A stretch of DNA of 64,000 nt from Fidelibacterota bacterium (GCA_046861385.1 JBHHTW010000003.1:1-64000); one strand, 5' to 3'; counted from the stretch's first letter, positions 9,523 through 20,195 are shown. The notes: generated by a model not told the origin, from the letters alone. Numbers and translations: made by a program.

Positions 9523-10389
9523 TTATTTAAAAAACGAGTCTTCTTGTTTTAACAAAATTTGTGCAAGTTTTTGTTCGTAAACATTTTCAGGCATCACCTC
9601 GGGAATCAGAGTGGGATCTGCATTGATAACCACTTGTAGATCTTGTCTGAATTTTTCCCTATCCCCGGCTTTGGTGTGAAGAAACCGTGATCGCAATACA
9701 TAAGTGCCTAAATAATCGGGATGAGATTTAATAGCCTTTTGGAAATAATCGTCAGACCGCTTCAATTCAACTCCTGGAAGACGAGCATAAAAGGCACCGA
9801 AATAACGATATGGGCCACCGTAAAAATAATCAGGTTTTAACGATAGAACTCGATGCATGACCGATTCTATTAATTCACTGTACTCCAGACGTTTTCGTAC
9901 AGATTTAGAGGAAAGATATCGCCCCATATTTGCTGCCCACCAGTATAATGCTTCCACATATTCCATCTCGACTACGGCAACAGCTTGAATTATCTTTGCC
10001 ATCGAATCACCTTGAACTTCATGATACATTTGCTGGTATGAAGATGATTTTTCTAAAACAGCATATGCAGTGGCTGCTCCCCGGAGAAAAAGACTATCAC
10101 TGAGATATGGATCTGTTTCAATATAATAAGCCTGGAAATGGTACGCCCTGCTTAACTGAAGAGATAGATCTATATTTTTTGGTTCTAATAAATGAACTTT
10201 TTCCATAAAAAAGGTAGCCATCACTGCATTGTCCGCATTGGAACGTTTATCCCAATTGGTGGATGCTTGCTTTTTTAAATATTCTAAATTGTTTTGAAAT
10301 GCTTCCTCATGTGTTAAAAACAGGGCCGGTTTGCAGCCAATCAGCATCAGAAGGAATAGAAGAAAAAATTGTGTAAATTTGTGTGGCAT
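9523..10389 (-). CDS. TRAP transporter TatT-family TPR lipoprotein
   Basis: Lipobox LIGC; ALYWWAAN.G, PDYFYGG..RYFGAFYA, GDREKF...L..VI, PEN..EQKLA. Confidence 0.7.
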   Translation of the reverse strand: MPHKFTQFFLLFLLMLIGCKPALFLTHEEAFQNNLEYLKKQASTNWDKRSNADNAVMATFFMEKVHLLEPKNIDLSLQLSRAYHFQAYYIETDPYLSDSLFLRGAATAYAVLEKSSSYQQMYHEVQGDSMAKIIQAVAVVEMEYVEALYWWAANMGRYLSSKSVRKRLEYSELIESVMHRVLSLKPDYFYGGPYRYFGAFYARLPGVELKRSDDYFQKAIKSHPDYLGTYVLRSRFLHTKAGDREKFRQDLQVVINADPTLIPEVMPENVYEQKLAQILLKQEDSFFK

Positions 10390-10486
10390 AATTATTGGAA
10401 CTCAGTCAATTCTTATTGGGGTTAAATTTTGATTAATAAATCTTGCTGGATTAGCTGTAAAAAATTAACACATAAATCTATTAAAG

Positions 10487-11434
10487 ATGAAGAAGACTAT
10501 TGAATTAAAAGGGGTGGACCTCCAAACTCTTCTTGGAGTCGCTGATTCTAACATTCGTTTATTAAATGAATCATTTTCAACAAAAATCCATATTCGCGGT
10601 AGTAATATTACATTGGATGGCGAACAAGCGGAAATTCCTTTGGTTCATGAAATTATCCATGAAATGATTCAAACTATAAGCCGAAAGGGATCATTAAGTA
10701 AAAAGGATGTTTTACAATTAATCAAGGTAATCCAATCTGAAAATAGACGTACCATCGATGTACCACAAGAAGTAATTCATTATGGGAAAAAAGGGGCTAT
10801 TGTCCCTCGAACAAACGGTCAGAAAAGTTATGTTCAAATCAACCAAAACAATGATATTGTCTTTTCTATCGGACCCGCAGGTACAGGAAAAACATTTATG
10901 GCAGTCGCATTTGCAGTAGCCGCATTGGAAAACCATGATGTTGATCGCATTATTTTATGTCGGCCGGCTGTTGAGGCTGGAGAAAGTTTGGGATTTTTAC
11001 CCGGTGATTTAAAGGAAAAAGTAGATCCGTATCTAACGCCTCTATATGATGCATTAAATGAATTGATGCCGGCTAATAAATTGAAACCGCTATTAAATAA
11101 AAATATTATTGAAATCATTCCTCTGGCTTATATGCGTGGTCGAACGTTAAACAATGCATTTTTGATTCTGGATGAAGCTCAAAACTCCACTCCAATGCAA
11201 ATGAAAATGTTCTTGACCAGATTGGGGGTGAACTCCAGAGGGATTATCACTGGAGATATTACCCAAATTGATTTGCCCAAACGATCTGATTCCGGTTTAA
11301 TAGATGTATTAAGTATTTTGAAAGGTGTCGATGGTATCGGTTTTGTGAAATTGGATGAAACGGATGTGGTAAGGCACAAATTGGTTCGTGATATTATAAA
11401 AGCGTATGATAAAGCCAATAATAGTAAATCATAG
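10487..11434 (+). CDS. phoH: PhoH family ATPase
   Basis: GPAGTGKT, RPAVEAGESLGFLPG, LAYMRGRTL, DEAQN, DVVRH. Confidence 0.95.
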   Translation: MKKTIELKGVDLQTLLGVADSNIRLLNESFSTKIHIRGSNITLDGEQAEIPLVHEIIHEMIQTISRKGSLSKKDVLQLIKVIQSENRRTIDVPQEVIHYGKKGAIVPRTNGQKSYVQINQNNDIVFSIGPAGTGKTFMAVAFAVAALENHDVDRIILCRPAVEAGESLGFLPGDLKEKVDPYLTPLYDALNELMPANKLKPLLNKNIIEIIPLAYMRGRTLNNAFLILDEAQNSTPMQMKMFLTRLGVNSRGIITGDITQIDLPKRSDSGLIDVLSILKGVDGIGFVKLDETDVVRHKLVRDIIKAYDKANNSKS

Positions 11435-11669
11435 ATTGAGTACAGCACTTGAAATTTGGAAAAGGACATGTTTATGGGAATAAACAATACTAATTTCAGG
11501 GGTTGAAATATTCAGTAATTTTTTCCAGATTAAAAAAGAAAAGCCAACAAGACGATGTTTTTTCACATATTTCGAGAATTAATAAAAATTGCTGGTCTCT
11601 CGCGCCTACGTGGCCAATGTACCAGTCGATTTTTCTGTGCTATAACACCCTGCTTAATAAAGAGGAAAT

Positions 11670-12854
11670 ATGAATAAAACTGACGTAGTCATCGTCTCAG
11701 CAAAAAGAACCCCCATCGGCGCATTTCAGGGGAGTTTAGCTACAATTCCAGCACCTCAATTGGGGGCGATTGTTATAAAATCATTACTTGAAGAAACAGG
11801 AATTGATGGGCGTTTAATCGATGAAGTCATTATGGGGAATGTCATATCTGCTGGTTTGGGACAGGCACCGGCGAGACAGGCAGCTCTTTTTGCCGGATTG
11901 CCCAATGACGTTGAATGTCTTACCATCAACAAAATGTGCGGATCAGGATTAAAAGCTGTGATGCTGGCGGCGCAAGCTATCCAGTGCGGAGATGCCTCGG
12001 TTGTATTAGCCGGGGGAATGGAAAATATGTCTTTAGCTCCGTATTTGCTTCCAAAAGGAAGGTCGGGGCATAGATTAGGTCATGGGATTGTGGAAGATAG
12101 TATCATCAAAGATGGTTTATGGGATGTTTATAATGATCAACACATGGGAAATTGCGCTGAACTCTGCGCCCGAGATCGTCATTATTCACGGGAACAGCAA
12201 GATGAGTTAGCTAAAGAATCGTACACAAGAGCAATTCACGCACAAAAAAACGGTATGTTTGATAAAGAAATTGTTTCTGTTGAAGTTCCTCAACGAAAAG
12301 GAAAGTCTATGATGGTATTGGAAGACGACGAACCCGGCAGGGCGAATTTTGACAAAATGCTATCACTAAAACCTGCATTTAAAAAAGAGGGAACAATCAC
12401 TGCCGCGAATGCATCCAAAATCAATGATGGGGCAGCAGCAGTAATATTAATGTCTGTCGAAAAAGCGAAAGAATTAAATTTGAAACCGTTGGTAAAAATC
12501 GTAACCCAGGCATCCGCAGCTCATGCGCCGGAATGGTTCACAACCGCACCGGGAAAAGCCATTGACAAAGCGTTGAGTAAAGCACTGTTGGCAACCAAAG
12601 ACATTGATATTTGGGAAATAAATGAAGCATTTGCCCCTGTATTACAAGCAGCCATAGATGATTTTAATCTTGATCATTCTAAAGTCAATATTCACGGCGG
12701 TGCAATTGCATTGGGTCATCCAATTGGAGCAAGCGGAGCCAGAATCTTGACAACGTTAATCCATGCAATGATAGCAGTGCAGGCGAATAGAGGATTGGCA
12801 ACGTTATGTATTGGTGGTGGTGAAGCATCTGCATTAATCATAGAAAGAGTATAA
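11670..12854 (+). CDS. atoB: Acetyl-CoA C-acetyltransferase (thiolase)
   Basis: NKMCGSG, EINEAF, GHPIGASG, LCIGGG; RBS GAGG. Confidence 0.92.
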   Translation: MNKTDVVIVSAKRTPIGAFQGSLATIPAPQLGAIVIKSLLEETGIDGRLIDEVIMGNVISAGLGQAPARQAALFAGLPNDVECLTINKMCGSGLKAVMLAAQAIQCGDASVVLAGGMENMSLAPYLLPKGRSGHRLGHGIVEDSIIKDGLWDVYNDQHMGNCAELCARDRHYSREQQDELAKESYTRAIHAQKNGMFDKEIVSVEVPQRKGKSMMVLEDDEPGRANFDKMLSLKPAFKKEGTITAANASKINDGAAAVILMSVEKAKELNLKPLVKIVTQASAAHAPEWFTTAPGKAIDKALSKALLATKDIDIWEINEAFAPVLQAAIDDFNLDHSKVNIHGGAIALGHPIGASGARILTTLIHAMIAVQANRGLATLCIGGGEASALIIERV

Positions 12855-13999
12855 TGGATTTTTCATACACCGATGAACAACTGATGGTTCAAAAAACAGC
12901 TCGCGAATTTGCGATGGAGCATTTAGCTCCCGGAGTGAAAGATCGTGATGAAAAAGCTTCCTTCCCTTGTGAACAAATACAGATGCTCGGTGAATTAGGT
13001 TTTATGGGAATGATGGTTCCTGAAAAATGGGGAGGCGCAGGGTTTGATACAGTCAGTTATTGCATCGCTTTGGAAGAAATCAGCGCTGTGGATGCATCTG
13101 TCGGTGTTATCATGTCTGTGAATAATTCATTGGTATGCCAGCTTCTATACAAATTTGCAAATGAAATTCAAAAAGAGCGATATTTAAAAAAATTGGCTTC
13201 CGGAGAGTGGTTGGGTGCATTTTCTCTCAGCGAACCCCAATCGGGTTCAGATGCAAGTAATATGCTGGCATTTGCGAAGAAAGAAGGAAATGAATATATT
13301 ATTCATGGGACAAAAAATTGGGTCAGTAACGGTATTAACAGTGATGTTGTTGTCCTTTTTGTCATGACAGAAAAAAATGTGGGTTATAGAGGGATATCAT
13401 CATTTATAGTTGAAAAGGGGACGCCTGGATTCTCCCACGGGAAAAAAGAAAATAAATTAGGAATTAGGGGTTCAGATACGTGCGAACTATATTTTGAAAA
13501 TTGCAAAGTTCCGGTTGACAATTTGGTTGGCGCAGAAGGCAAAGGTTTCAATGTTGCTTTGGGAACACTTGATGGAGGTCGAATCGGAATCGCCACTCAA
13601 GCACTTGGGATTGCAAGAGAAGCTCTTGATCGTTCTATTGAATATGCCAAGGAGCGAAAGCAGTTCGGAAAACCCTTATCATCATTTGGCGCCATCCAGG
13701 ATAAAATTGCAACAATGGCTACCAAAGTCGACGCATCACGATTATTAATTCATCGAGCGGCTAAATTAAAAGATGAAGGAAAACCTTATGGCAAAGAAGC
13801 CGCTATGGCAAAAGTTTACGCATCTCAAACAGCTATGGAAAATGCAACGCAATGCGTCCAGATATTTGGTGGATACGGTTATATGCAGGAATATGGAGTT
13901 GAACGCCTGATGAGAGATGCAAAAATTACACAAATTTATGAAGGCACATCCGAAATACAACAATTAGTGATTGCCAGATATATATTAGGAAAAAAATAA
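12854..13999 (+). CDS. Acyl-CoA dehydrogenase (short/branched-chain type)
   Basis: FSLSEPQSGSD, RKQFGK, GGYGY, QIYEGTSEIQ. Confidence 0.93.
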   Translation: MDFSYTDEQLMVQKTAREFAMEHLAPGVKDRDEKASFPCEQIQMLGELGFMGMMVPEKWGGAGFDTVSYCIALEEISAVDASVGVIMSVNNSLVCQLLYKFANEIQKERYLKKLASGEWLGAFSLSEPQSGSDASNMLAFAKKEGNEYIIHGTKNWVSNGINSDVVVLFVMTEKNVGYRGISSFIVEKGTPGFSHGKKENKLGIRGSDTCELYFENCKVPVDNLVGAEGKGFNVALGTLDGGRIGIATQALGIAREALDRSIEYAKERKQFGKPLSSFGAIQDKIATMATKVDASRLLIHRAAKLKDEGKPYGKEAAMAKVYASQTAMENATQCVQIFGGYGYMQEYGVERLMRDAKITQIYEGTSEIQQLVIARYILGKK

Positions 14000-15027
14000 T
14001 GATTAATCCGAAAACAGTTGATTGGGATTCACTTGGTTTTGATTTTGTTGAAACAAAAAGTATGTTTAAAGCAGTTTCTAATAAAAATGGATCATGGGAA
14101 AATGGAGGTTTAATACCCTCTGGAAATATTTTAATTTCACCCGCTGCCAGTGTTTTGAACTATGGGCAAGGCGTTTTTGAAGGTATGAAGGCATATCAAA
14201 CATCAAAGAATCGTGTTGTTCTGTTCAGGCCGGAAATGAATGCAAAAAGATTCTCGGTCTCATTAAAACGTTTATGTATGCCAGGAATCGATGTTGATTA
14301 TTTTATTAACGCAGTATTAGAAACGGTTCAGGATAATATTGATTATGTTCCGCCTTTTGGACGAGGGAGTTTATATATTCGTCCTATCGCTTGGGGAACT
14401 GCTCCTACTCTGGGTGTAAAACCAGCTGAAAAATATACTTTTATGATTTATGTGTGTCCCGTTGGATCTTACTTCAAAGGGCGTGTTAAACCTCTTAATC
14501 TCAAAGTTGCATATGGTTATCATCGGGCAGCTCCCAAGGGGATTGGTAATGTAAAAGCCATTGGGAATTATTCCGCCTCACTTTATCCTTTATCCCAGGC
14601 AAAAAACATGGCATTCGATGAAGTGATCTATTTAAATGCCGGTAATGAAAATATGGTTGAAGAAGTAGGTTCAGCCAACGTGTTTGCCTTATCAGGTAAT
14701 ATACTAAAAACTCCCAAACTAGCAGGGTCTATCCTGCCGGGAATTACACGAAATTCGGTATTAACAATCGCCAGGGAAAAATGTGGGCTTAACGTGCAGG
14801 AAACAGATTTATCTTTGGATGAGTTATTATCATCTGACGAAGTATTCTGTACTGGAACTGCAGTCGTTGTGACACCTGTGGGAAAAATTACTTGTAAGGA
14901 GAAAGTCCATTTAATTCATAATAACAAAATGGGACCAATTACTGAAAAAATAAGAAAAACAATCTTGGGGATTCAGGGTGAAGAACTTGAAGACAGTTTT
15001 GAATGGCTTTATGAAATTGATAGATAA
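13999..15027 (+). CDS. ilvE: Branched-chain amino acid aminotransferase
   Basis: LNYGQGVFEGMKAY, KAIGNY, ILPGITR, GTAVVVTPV. Confidence 0.93.
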   Translation: MINPKTVDWDSLGFDFVETKSMFKAVSNKNGSWENGGLIPSGNILISPAASVLNYGQGVFEGMKAYQTSKNRVVLFRPEMNAKRFSVSLKRLCMPGIDVDYFINAVLETVQDNIDYVPPFGRGSLYIRPIAWGTAPTLGVKPAEKYTFMIYVCPVGSYFKGRVKPLNLKVAYGYHRAAPKGIGNVKAIGNYSASLYPLSQAKNMAFDEVIYLNAGNENMVEEVGSANVFALSGNILKTPKLAGSILPGITRNSVLTIAREKCGLNVQETDLSLDELLSSDEVFCTGTAVVVTPVGKITCKEKVHLIHNNKMGPITEKIRKTILGIQGEELEDSFEWLYEIDR

Positions 15028-15080
15028 ACCAAATGGGTTTTTAATCAAAATCCTATGAGAAAATGGAATAATTAACAATT

Positions 15081-15515
15081 ATGCACCCACGCCGAAAAGC
15101 GCGAATTGGAGTCCTGGGGGCCTTATACGCTGAGTCACAAACCCATGAAAATCCCGAAAAAATATTACGAGATGTATATTCACGAGAATCATTTACTCAT
15201 AGCAGCAAAAAATATATCCGCCTATTATTTCTGGAAACATTAAAGCATATGGAAACGTGTGATTCCTTAATTGAAACTCATTTAGAAAATTGGAAATTTA
15301 ACCGCATTGCTTTACTGGATAAATTGATATTACGAATGGCTTTAACAGAGATGTTATACATTCCCGATGTGCCTTCAAAAGCTGCTATTAGTGAAGCGAT
15401 TGAAATAGCGAAGGAATTCAGTTCCGAAGAAAGTTCCAGCTTTGTCAATGGGATTCTTGACGCTGCCTATAAGAATCCAAAACTTGAAAAATTATTTGAA
15501 GAAAAGTCTAATTAA
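15081..15515 (+). CDS. nusB: Transcription antitermination factor NusB
   Basis: RRKAR N-terminus, DKLILRMA, ISEAIEIAKEFS..SSFVNGILD. Confidence 0.93.
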   Translation: MHPRRKARIGVLGALYAESQTHENPEKILRDVYSRESFTHSSKKYIRLLFLETLKHMETCDSLIETHLENWKFNRIALLDKLILRMALTEMLYIPDVPSKAAISEAIEIAKEFSSEESSSFVNGILDAAYKNPKLEKLFEEKSN

Positions 15516-15516
15516 T

Positions 15517-18500
15517 ATGTTACAAAATGCACTAAAGAAAATATTTGGTACTAAATCAGAACGAGATGTGAAGGAAATCCAACCTGTAGTGGATGAAATA
15601 AATTCAATCTATCCGGGATTGTCAAAATTATCGGATGAAGACCTTGTTTCCAGAACACTATCAATGAAAAAAGAGGTCCAGGATCTTCGGGAGTCAACCC
15701 GGAAAGAGTTGGAAACCAAAGGGATAGAAAAAAGCGAAATAAAAAAGACTGTCTTAAAATCCGAACAAGATAAATTAGACCAGTTACTACCTGAAGCCTA
15801 TGCCATGGTGAAGGAAACTTGCCGCCGATTAACTGGGCAAACATGGAGAGCAGTCGGCCAGGAGATTAAATGGGAAATGATCCCTTACGATGTCCAGTTA
15901 ATAGGTGCGATTTCGCTGCATAAAGGCAATGTGGCAGAAATGAAAACCGGAGAAGGAAAGACTTTAGTGGCGACGATGCCTTTATATCTGAATGCACTTA
16001 CAGGGCGCGGTGCCCATTTGATAACTGTAAATGACTATTTGGCCCAGCGTGATGCGGAGTGGATGGGGGAAATATTTAAACGGCTTGGATTGTCTGTTGG
16101 GTTCATATTGAATACGATGAATAATACCGAACGCCAAATAGCCTATAATTGTGATATAACCTATGGGACAAATAATGAATTCGGCTTTGACTATCTTCGA
16201 GATAATATGGCATTGTCGGCAGATGAACAATCTCAGCGCGATCATGCCTTTGCAATTGTGGATGAAGTGGACAGTGTGCTGATCGATGAAGCCAGAACTC
16301 CTTTAATTATTTCCGGCGCAGTGGATGCACCAACAGATAATACTTCAAGGGAATTAAAACCCCTTGTCAGTAAACTTGTGCGAAAGCAACAAATGCTTGT
16401 AACCGAATTGGTTCAAACAGCAGAAAAAGCATTGTCTGAAAATAATGATGATGTTGCCGGAATAAAATTACTCCAAGCTTCGCGTGGAATGCCAAAACAT
16501 AAACGGCTGTTAAAAGTATTCCAAGAATCGGGAACGCAATCTCTTGTTCAATCCACTGAATCCGCTTATCTCCGGGATAAAAAACTGCATGAAGTAGATG
16601 AAGATTTATACTTCAGCATTGATGAAAAATCTCATATAATTGATATAACGGATAAAGGGCGCGAAACATTGGCTCCTGGGAATCCTGAAATGTTTGTGAT
16701 CCCGGATTTAGGTGAAATGTTGATGGATATCGATGAAAAAGATTCATTAAACGATTTAGAAAAACAACAGGAAAAAGAGAAAGCACATCAGCTCCATGCT
16801 GAACGAAGTTCAAAAATACATACGATCACCCAGCTATTGAGAGCATTTACATTGTATGAAAAAGATGCGGAATATGTTGTTCAGGATGGTCAAGTACTCA
16901 TTGTGGATGAATTTACCGGACGAATATTGGCCGGACGACGTTACAGTGATGGGTTGCATCAAGCGATTGAAGCAAAGGAAAATGTTGAAATTCGAAGAGA
17001 AACACAGACATTAGCAACCATCACAATTCAAAATTATTTTCGAATGTATGATAAACTCTCCGGTATGACCGGCACAGCAGAGACTGAAGCTGAAGAATTG
17101 GGAAGTATCTATAATCTGGACGTGATGACGATACCAACCAACGTACCCGTAATTCGCGAGGATAGAGACGATTTAGTATATAAAACCAAACGTGAGAAAT
17201 ATAATGCTGTCATCGAAGAAATTGCAGAAAGTTATCAGAAAGGTCAGCCATCGTTAGTCGGAACTATTACAGTAGAAGCATCCGAATTACTTTCGAGAAT
17301 GTTAAAACGCCGCGGTATTCCCCATAACGTATTAAATGCAAAACAGCATCAACGTGAGGCTGAAATTGTAACACGAGCGGGGCAACCGGGAGCGGTAACG
17401 ATCGCAACCAATATGGCAGGACGCGGTACCGATATTAAACTGGGTGATGGAGTTAAAGAAGCCGGCGGTTTGCATATCATTGGAACAGAACGTCATGAGT
17501 CCCGCCGCATCGATGATCAGCTTCGAGGACGATCTGGTCGTCAAGGAGATCCGGGTTCATCTCGATTTTATTTATCATTGGAAGATGATCTAATGCGGCT
17601 TTTTAATTCTGATCGAGTCGCGAAAATTATGGATCGGATGGGTGTTGAAGAAGGAGAAGTCATTACCCATAAAATGGTTACTCGCGCCATTGGAAATGCA
17701 CAGAAAAAAGTAGAACAGCGTAATTTTGGAATTCGGAAACATCTATTAGAATACGATGACGTAATGAACCAGCAGCGGCAGGTAGTCTATGACATACGTA
17801 AGCTTGCATTGAAAGGTGAGAATCTCAGGGATAATGTGTTCAACCTCATTTCTGATTTTATTGATGACGAGTTCGAAAACCAAGAAAGCCCAGATCCAAG
17901 AGACTGGGATTGGGAATCGATGCGTCAAGTATTTTCATCCGTCCTCATGGTGGATGTAAACCCGGAAGAGGTTTTACAACGCGATAATTTGGATCAGGAT
18001 GCACTCCATAGTCATATTATGGAAGAGGCTGTGTCAATGTATCAAGCTCGAGAATCACTCGTTCCTTCAGAAATAATGCGGAATTTCGAACGATTCATTA
18101 TTTTGAGAACGATTGATGAAAAATGGAAGGACCATCTTTATGCCATGGATCAATTGCGGGAAGGAATAAATCTCCGGGCTTATGGGCAAAAAAATCCGCT
18201 CCTTGAATATAAATCTGAAGGATTTCAAATGTTCAAGGATATGATGGCATCGACATCTAAACAAACATTACAACTATTATTCAGAACTCAAATACAAGGG
18301 GTACAGCAAGAACCGAAACCACCTTTCAAATCTACGCCAAAGAATGTACGATTTCAGCATTCAGATGCTACAGGAATGGGATTGTCTGCTCCACCTTCAA
18401 ATGATCAGTCGCCAAATCGACCACAGCAAGCGACAAAAATTCCTGTCAGAGCAGACAAAAAAATGGGGAGGAATGAGAAAATTAAAATGGTAAGTCCCAG

Positions 18501-18573
18501 CGGTGAAATAATCACAATTAAGTATAAAAAACTTCAGATCTATATAAATAAAGGATACACTGAACAAAAATGA
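15517..18573 (+). CDS. secA: Preprotein translocase ATPase SecA
   Basis: MKTGEGKT, DEVDS, ATNMAGRGTDI, QLRGRSGRQGDPG; ATG 15517 preferred over track start 15442, which overlaps nusB. Confidence 0.98.
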   Translation: MLQNALKKIFGTKSERDVKEIQPVVDEINSIYPGLSKLSDEDLVSRTLSMKKEVQDLRESTRKELETKGIEKSEIKKTVLKSEQDKLDQLLPEAYAMVKETCRRLTGQTWRAVGQEIKWEMIPYDVQLIGAISLHKGNVAEMKTGEGKTLVATMPLYLNALTGRGAHLITVNDYLAQRDAEWMGEIFKRLGLSVGFILNTMNNTERQIAYNCDITYGTNNEFGFDYLRDNMALSADEQSQRDHAFAIVDEVDSVLIDEARTPLIISGAVDAPTDNTSRELKPLVSKLVRKQQMLVTELVQTAEKALSENNDDVAGIKLLQASRGMPKHKRLLKVFQESGTQSLVQSTESAYLRDKKLHEVDEDLYFSIDEKSHIIDITDKGRETLAPGNPEMFVIPDLGEMLMDIDEKDSLNDLEKQQEKEKAHQLHAERSSKIHTITQLLRAFTLYEKDAEYVVQDGQVLIVDEFTGRILAGRRYSDGLHQAIEAKENVEIRRETQTLATITIQNYFRMYDKLSGMTGTAETEAEELGSIYNLDVMTIPTNVPVIREDRDDLVYKTKREKYNAVIEEIAESYQKGQPSLVGTITVEASELLSRMLKRRGIPHNVLNAKQHQREAEIVTRAGQPGAVTIATNMAGRGTDIKLGDGVKEAGGLHIIGTERHESRRIDDQLRGRSGRQGDPGSSRFYLSLEDDLMRLFNSDRVAKIMDRMGVEEGEVITHKMVTRAIGNAQKKVEQRNFGIRKHLLEYDDVMNQQRQVVYDIRKLALKGENLRDNVFNLISDFIDDEFENQESPDPRDWDWESMRQVFSSVLMVDVNPEEVLQRDNLDQDALHSHIMEEAVSMYQARESLVPSEIMRNFERFIILRTIDEKWKDHLYAMDQLREGINLRAYGQKNPLLEYKSEGFQMFKDMMASTSKQTLQLLFRTQIQGVQQEPKPPFKSTPKNVRFQHSDATGMGLSAPPSNDQSPNRPQQATKIPVRADKKMGRNEKIKMVSPSGEIITIKYKKLQIYINKGYTEQK

Positions 18574-19733
18574 TGTCTGAAAAAGATTTGAAATTTAGCA
18601 CAAAGGCTGTTCATTCCGGCAATAGAGCCGATCCAAGTACCGGCGCAATAATTCCGCCTATTTATGCGACATCCACTTACAAGCAGGACGGTGTAGGAGA
18701 ACATAAAGGATTTGATTATTCCCGAGCTGTAAATCCTACCAGAGAAATGCATGAAAAAAATATAGCCGCCTTAGAGAATGGTAAACATGGAATCGCTTTT
18801 TCTACTGGGATGGCCGCGGTAACAGCATTATTCCAAATTTTTAATTCTAGAGATCATTTTATCATATCCAGAAATACTTACGGCGGTACTTATCGGTTGC
18901 TGGATGAAGTATTTAAACGTCATGGATACGATTTTGATTTTGTAGATACGCGAGAATTAAGCCATGTCAAATCTCATATTAAAAAAAATACAAAAATGGT
19001 ATTTATTGAGACTCCGACGAATCCATTATTAGAAATAACGGATATTAAATCCTTAAGCAAAATATGCAACAATCATAATCTGATATTAGGAGTGGATAAT
19101 ACGTTTATGAGTCCCTATGGTCAGCGTCCACTAGAATTAGGTGCGGATATTGTGATGCATAGTTCAACAAAGTTTTTAGGCGGGCACAGTGATTTATTAG
19201 GTGGGATACTTGTGACAAATGATTCCTCCTTGGTTGACCAACTGCGTTTTATTCAAAAATCTGCAGGTGCAACACCCAGCGCATTTGATTGCTGGTTATT
19301 GCTCCGATCTACCAAAACATTGGCTTTACGATTTCAACGGCAATGTGATTCTGCCTTTGCCTTAGCGAAATGGCTTGAAAAAAAGAATATTGACCGTGTT
19401 ATTTATCCCGGACTTGAATCATTTCCCCAGCATGGTTTAGCAAAACAACAACAACGGACACCTGATGGCCAGACCATTTTCGGAAGCATGATTTCCATTG
19501 ATTTAGGTTCAATCAAATACAGAGATTCTTTTTTATCAAAATTAAAAATATTTTCTCTAGCGGAAAGCTTAGGCGGAGTCGAAAGTCTGATATCCAATCC
19601 CTTCCACATGACTCATGGGACTATCTCCATCGATAGAAAACTGTTAATGGATATTACGGAGGGACTTATTCGTGTATCAGTTGGAATAGAGGATGAAATT
19701 GATCTCCGAAATGATTTGGAACAAGCGTTATAA
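18570..19733 (+). CDS. Cystathionine gamma-lyase/synthase family PLP enzyme
   Basis: YSRAVNPT, ETPTNP, DNTF, HSSTKFLGGHSD, AESLGGVESL. Confidence 0.9.
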   Translation: MMSEKDLKFSTKAVHSGNRADPSTGAIIPPIYATSTYKQDGVGEHKGFDYSRAVNPTREMHEKNIAALENGKHGIAFSTGMAAVTALFQIFNSRDHFIISRNTYGGTYRLLDEVFKRHGYDFDFVDTRELSHVKSHIKKNTKMVFIETPTNPLLEITDIKSLSKICNNHNLILGVDNTFMSPYGQRPLELGADIVMHSSTKFLGGHSDLLGGILVTNDSSLVDQLRFIQKSAGATPSAFDCWLLLRSTKTLALRFQRQCDSAFALAKWLEKKNIDRVIYPGLESFPQHGLAKQQQRTPDGQTIFGSMISIDLGSIKYRDSFLSKLKIFSLAESLGGVESLISNPFHMTHGTISIDRKLLMDITEGLIRVSVGIEDEIDLRNDLEQAL

Positions 19734-19986
19734 AAAGGGTTAGTGTTCCCGAATTCTTACAGATAATCATCATTTGTTAAATATTTTTCAAACACCATCA
19801 CTATTGGATGATATTCAAAGAGCTAGTATCCTTAATTTTTTATCAACTCTATTGAACAATTTCTAAATTAGAAGACAGAACAACCCAACGAAAAACGATT
19901 GTTCTAAGTTTATCGGTTTCCATCTGTTTTTATTTTTATGGTGTTTAATAAATATTAACTTCGCCTGCATTTTTTCAAGAAAATTT

Positions 19987-20069
19987 GCCGCGGTGGTGGA
20001 ATTGGTAGACACGCCAGATTTAGGATCTGGTGCCTAACAGGTGTGAAGGTTCGACTCCTTTCCGCGGCA
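19987..20069 (+). tRNA. tRNA-Leu (anticodon TAG)
   Basis: Acceptor GCCGCGG/CCGCGGC + discriminator A; D-loop GGAATTGGTAGAC; anticodon arm CCAGA-TTTAGGA-TCTGG; long variable arm; GGTTCGACTCC; CCA not encoded. Confidence 0.95.
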
Positions 20070-20082
20070 CAGGAATATGAAA

Positions 20083-20130
20083 GTGAAGGTTCCCTGCCTG
20101 CCGGCAGGCAGGAACTCCTTTCCGCGGCAC
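20083..20130 (+). repeat. Duplicated tRNA-Leu 3' end interrupted by a 20-bp perfect palindrome
   Basis: GTGAAGGTTC[CCTGCCTGCCGGCAGGCAGG]AACTCCTTTCCGCGGCAC versus tRNA GTGAAGGTTC-GACTCCTTTCCGCGGCAC (20043-20070). Confidence 0.9.
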
Positions 20131-20195
20131 TGAATCAATTAGTTTAAAGGACCCCTTCATGGAAGCAGGCGTTCCATTATTTGATACAAAATAAT

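Noticed and set aside
15442-15516. N-terminal extension of SecA in the ORF track
   Set aside because: Overlaps nusB; ATG 15517 gives a normal SecA start (LKKIFG)
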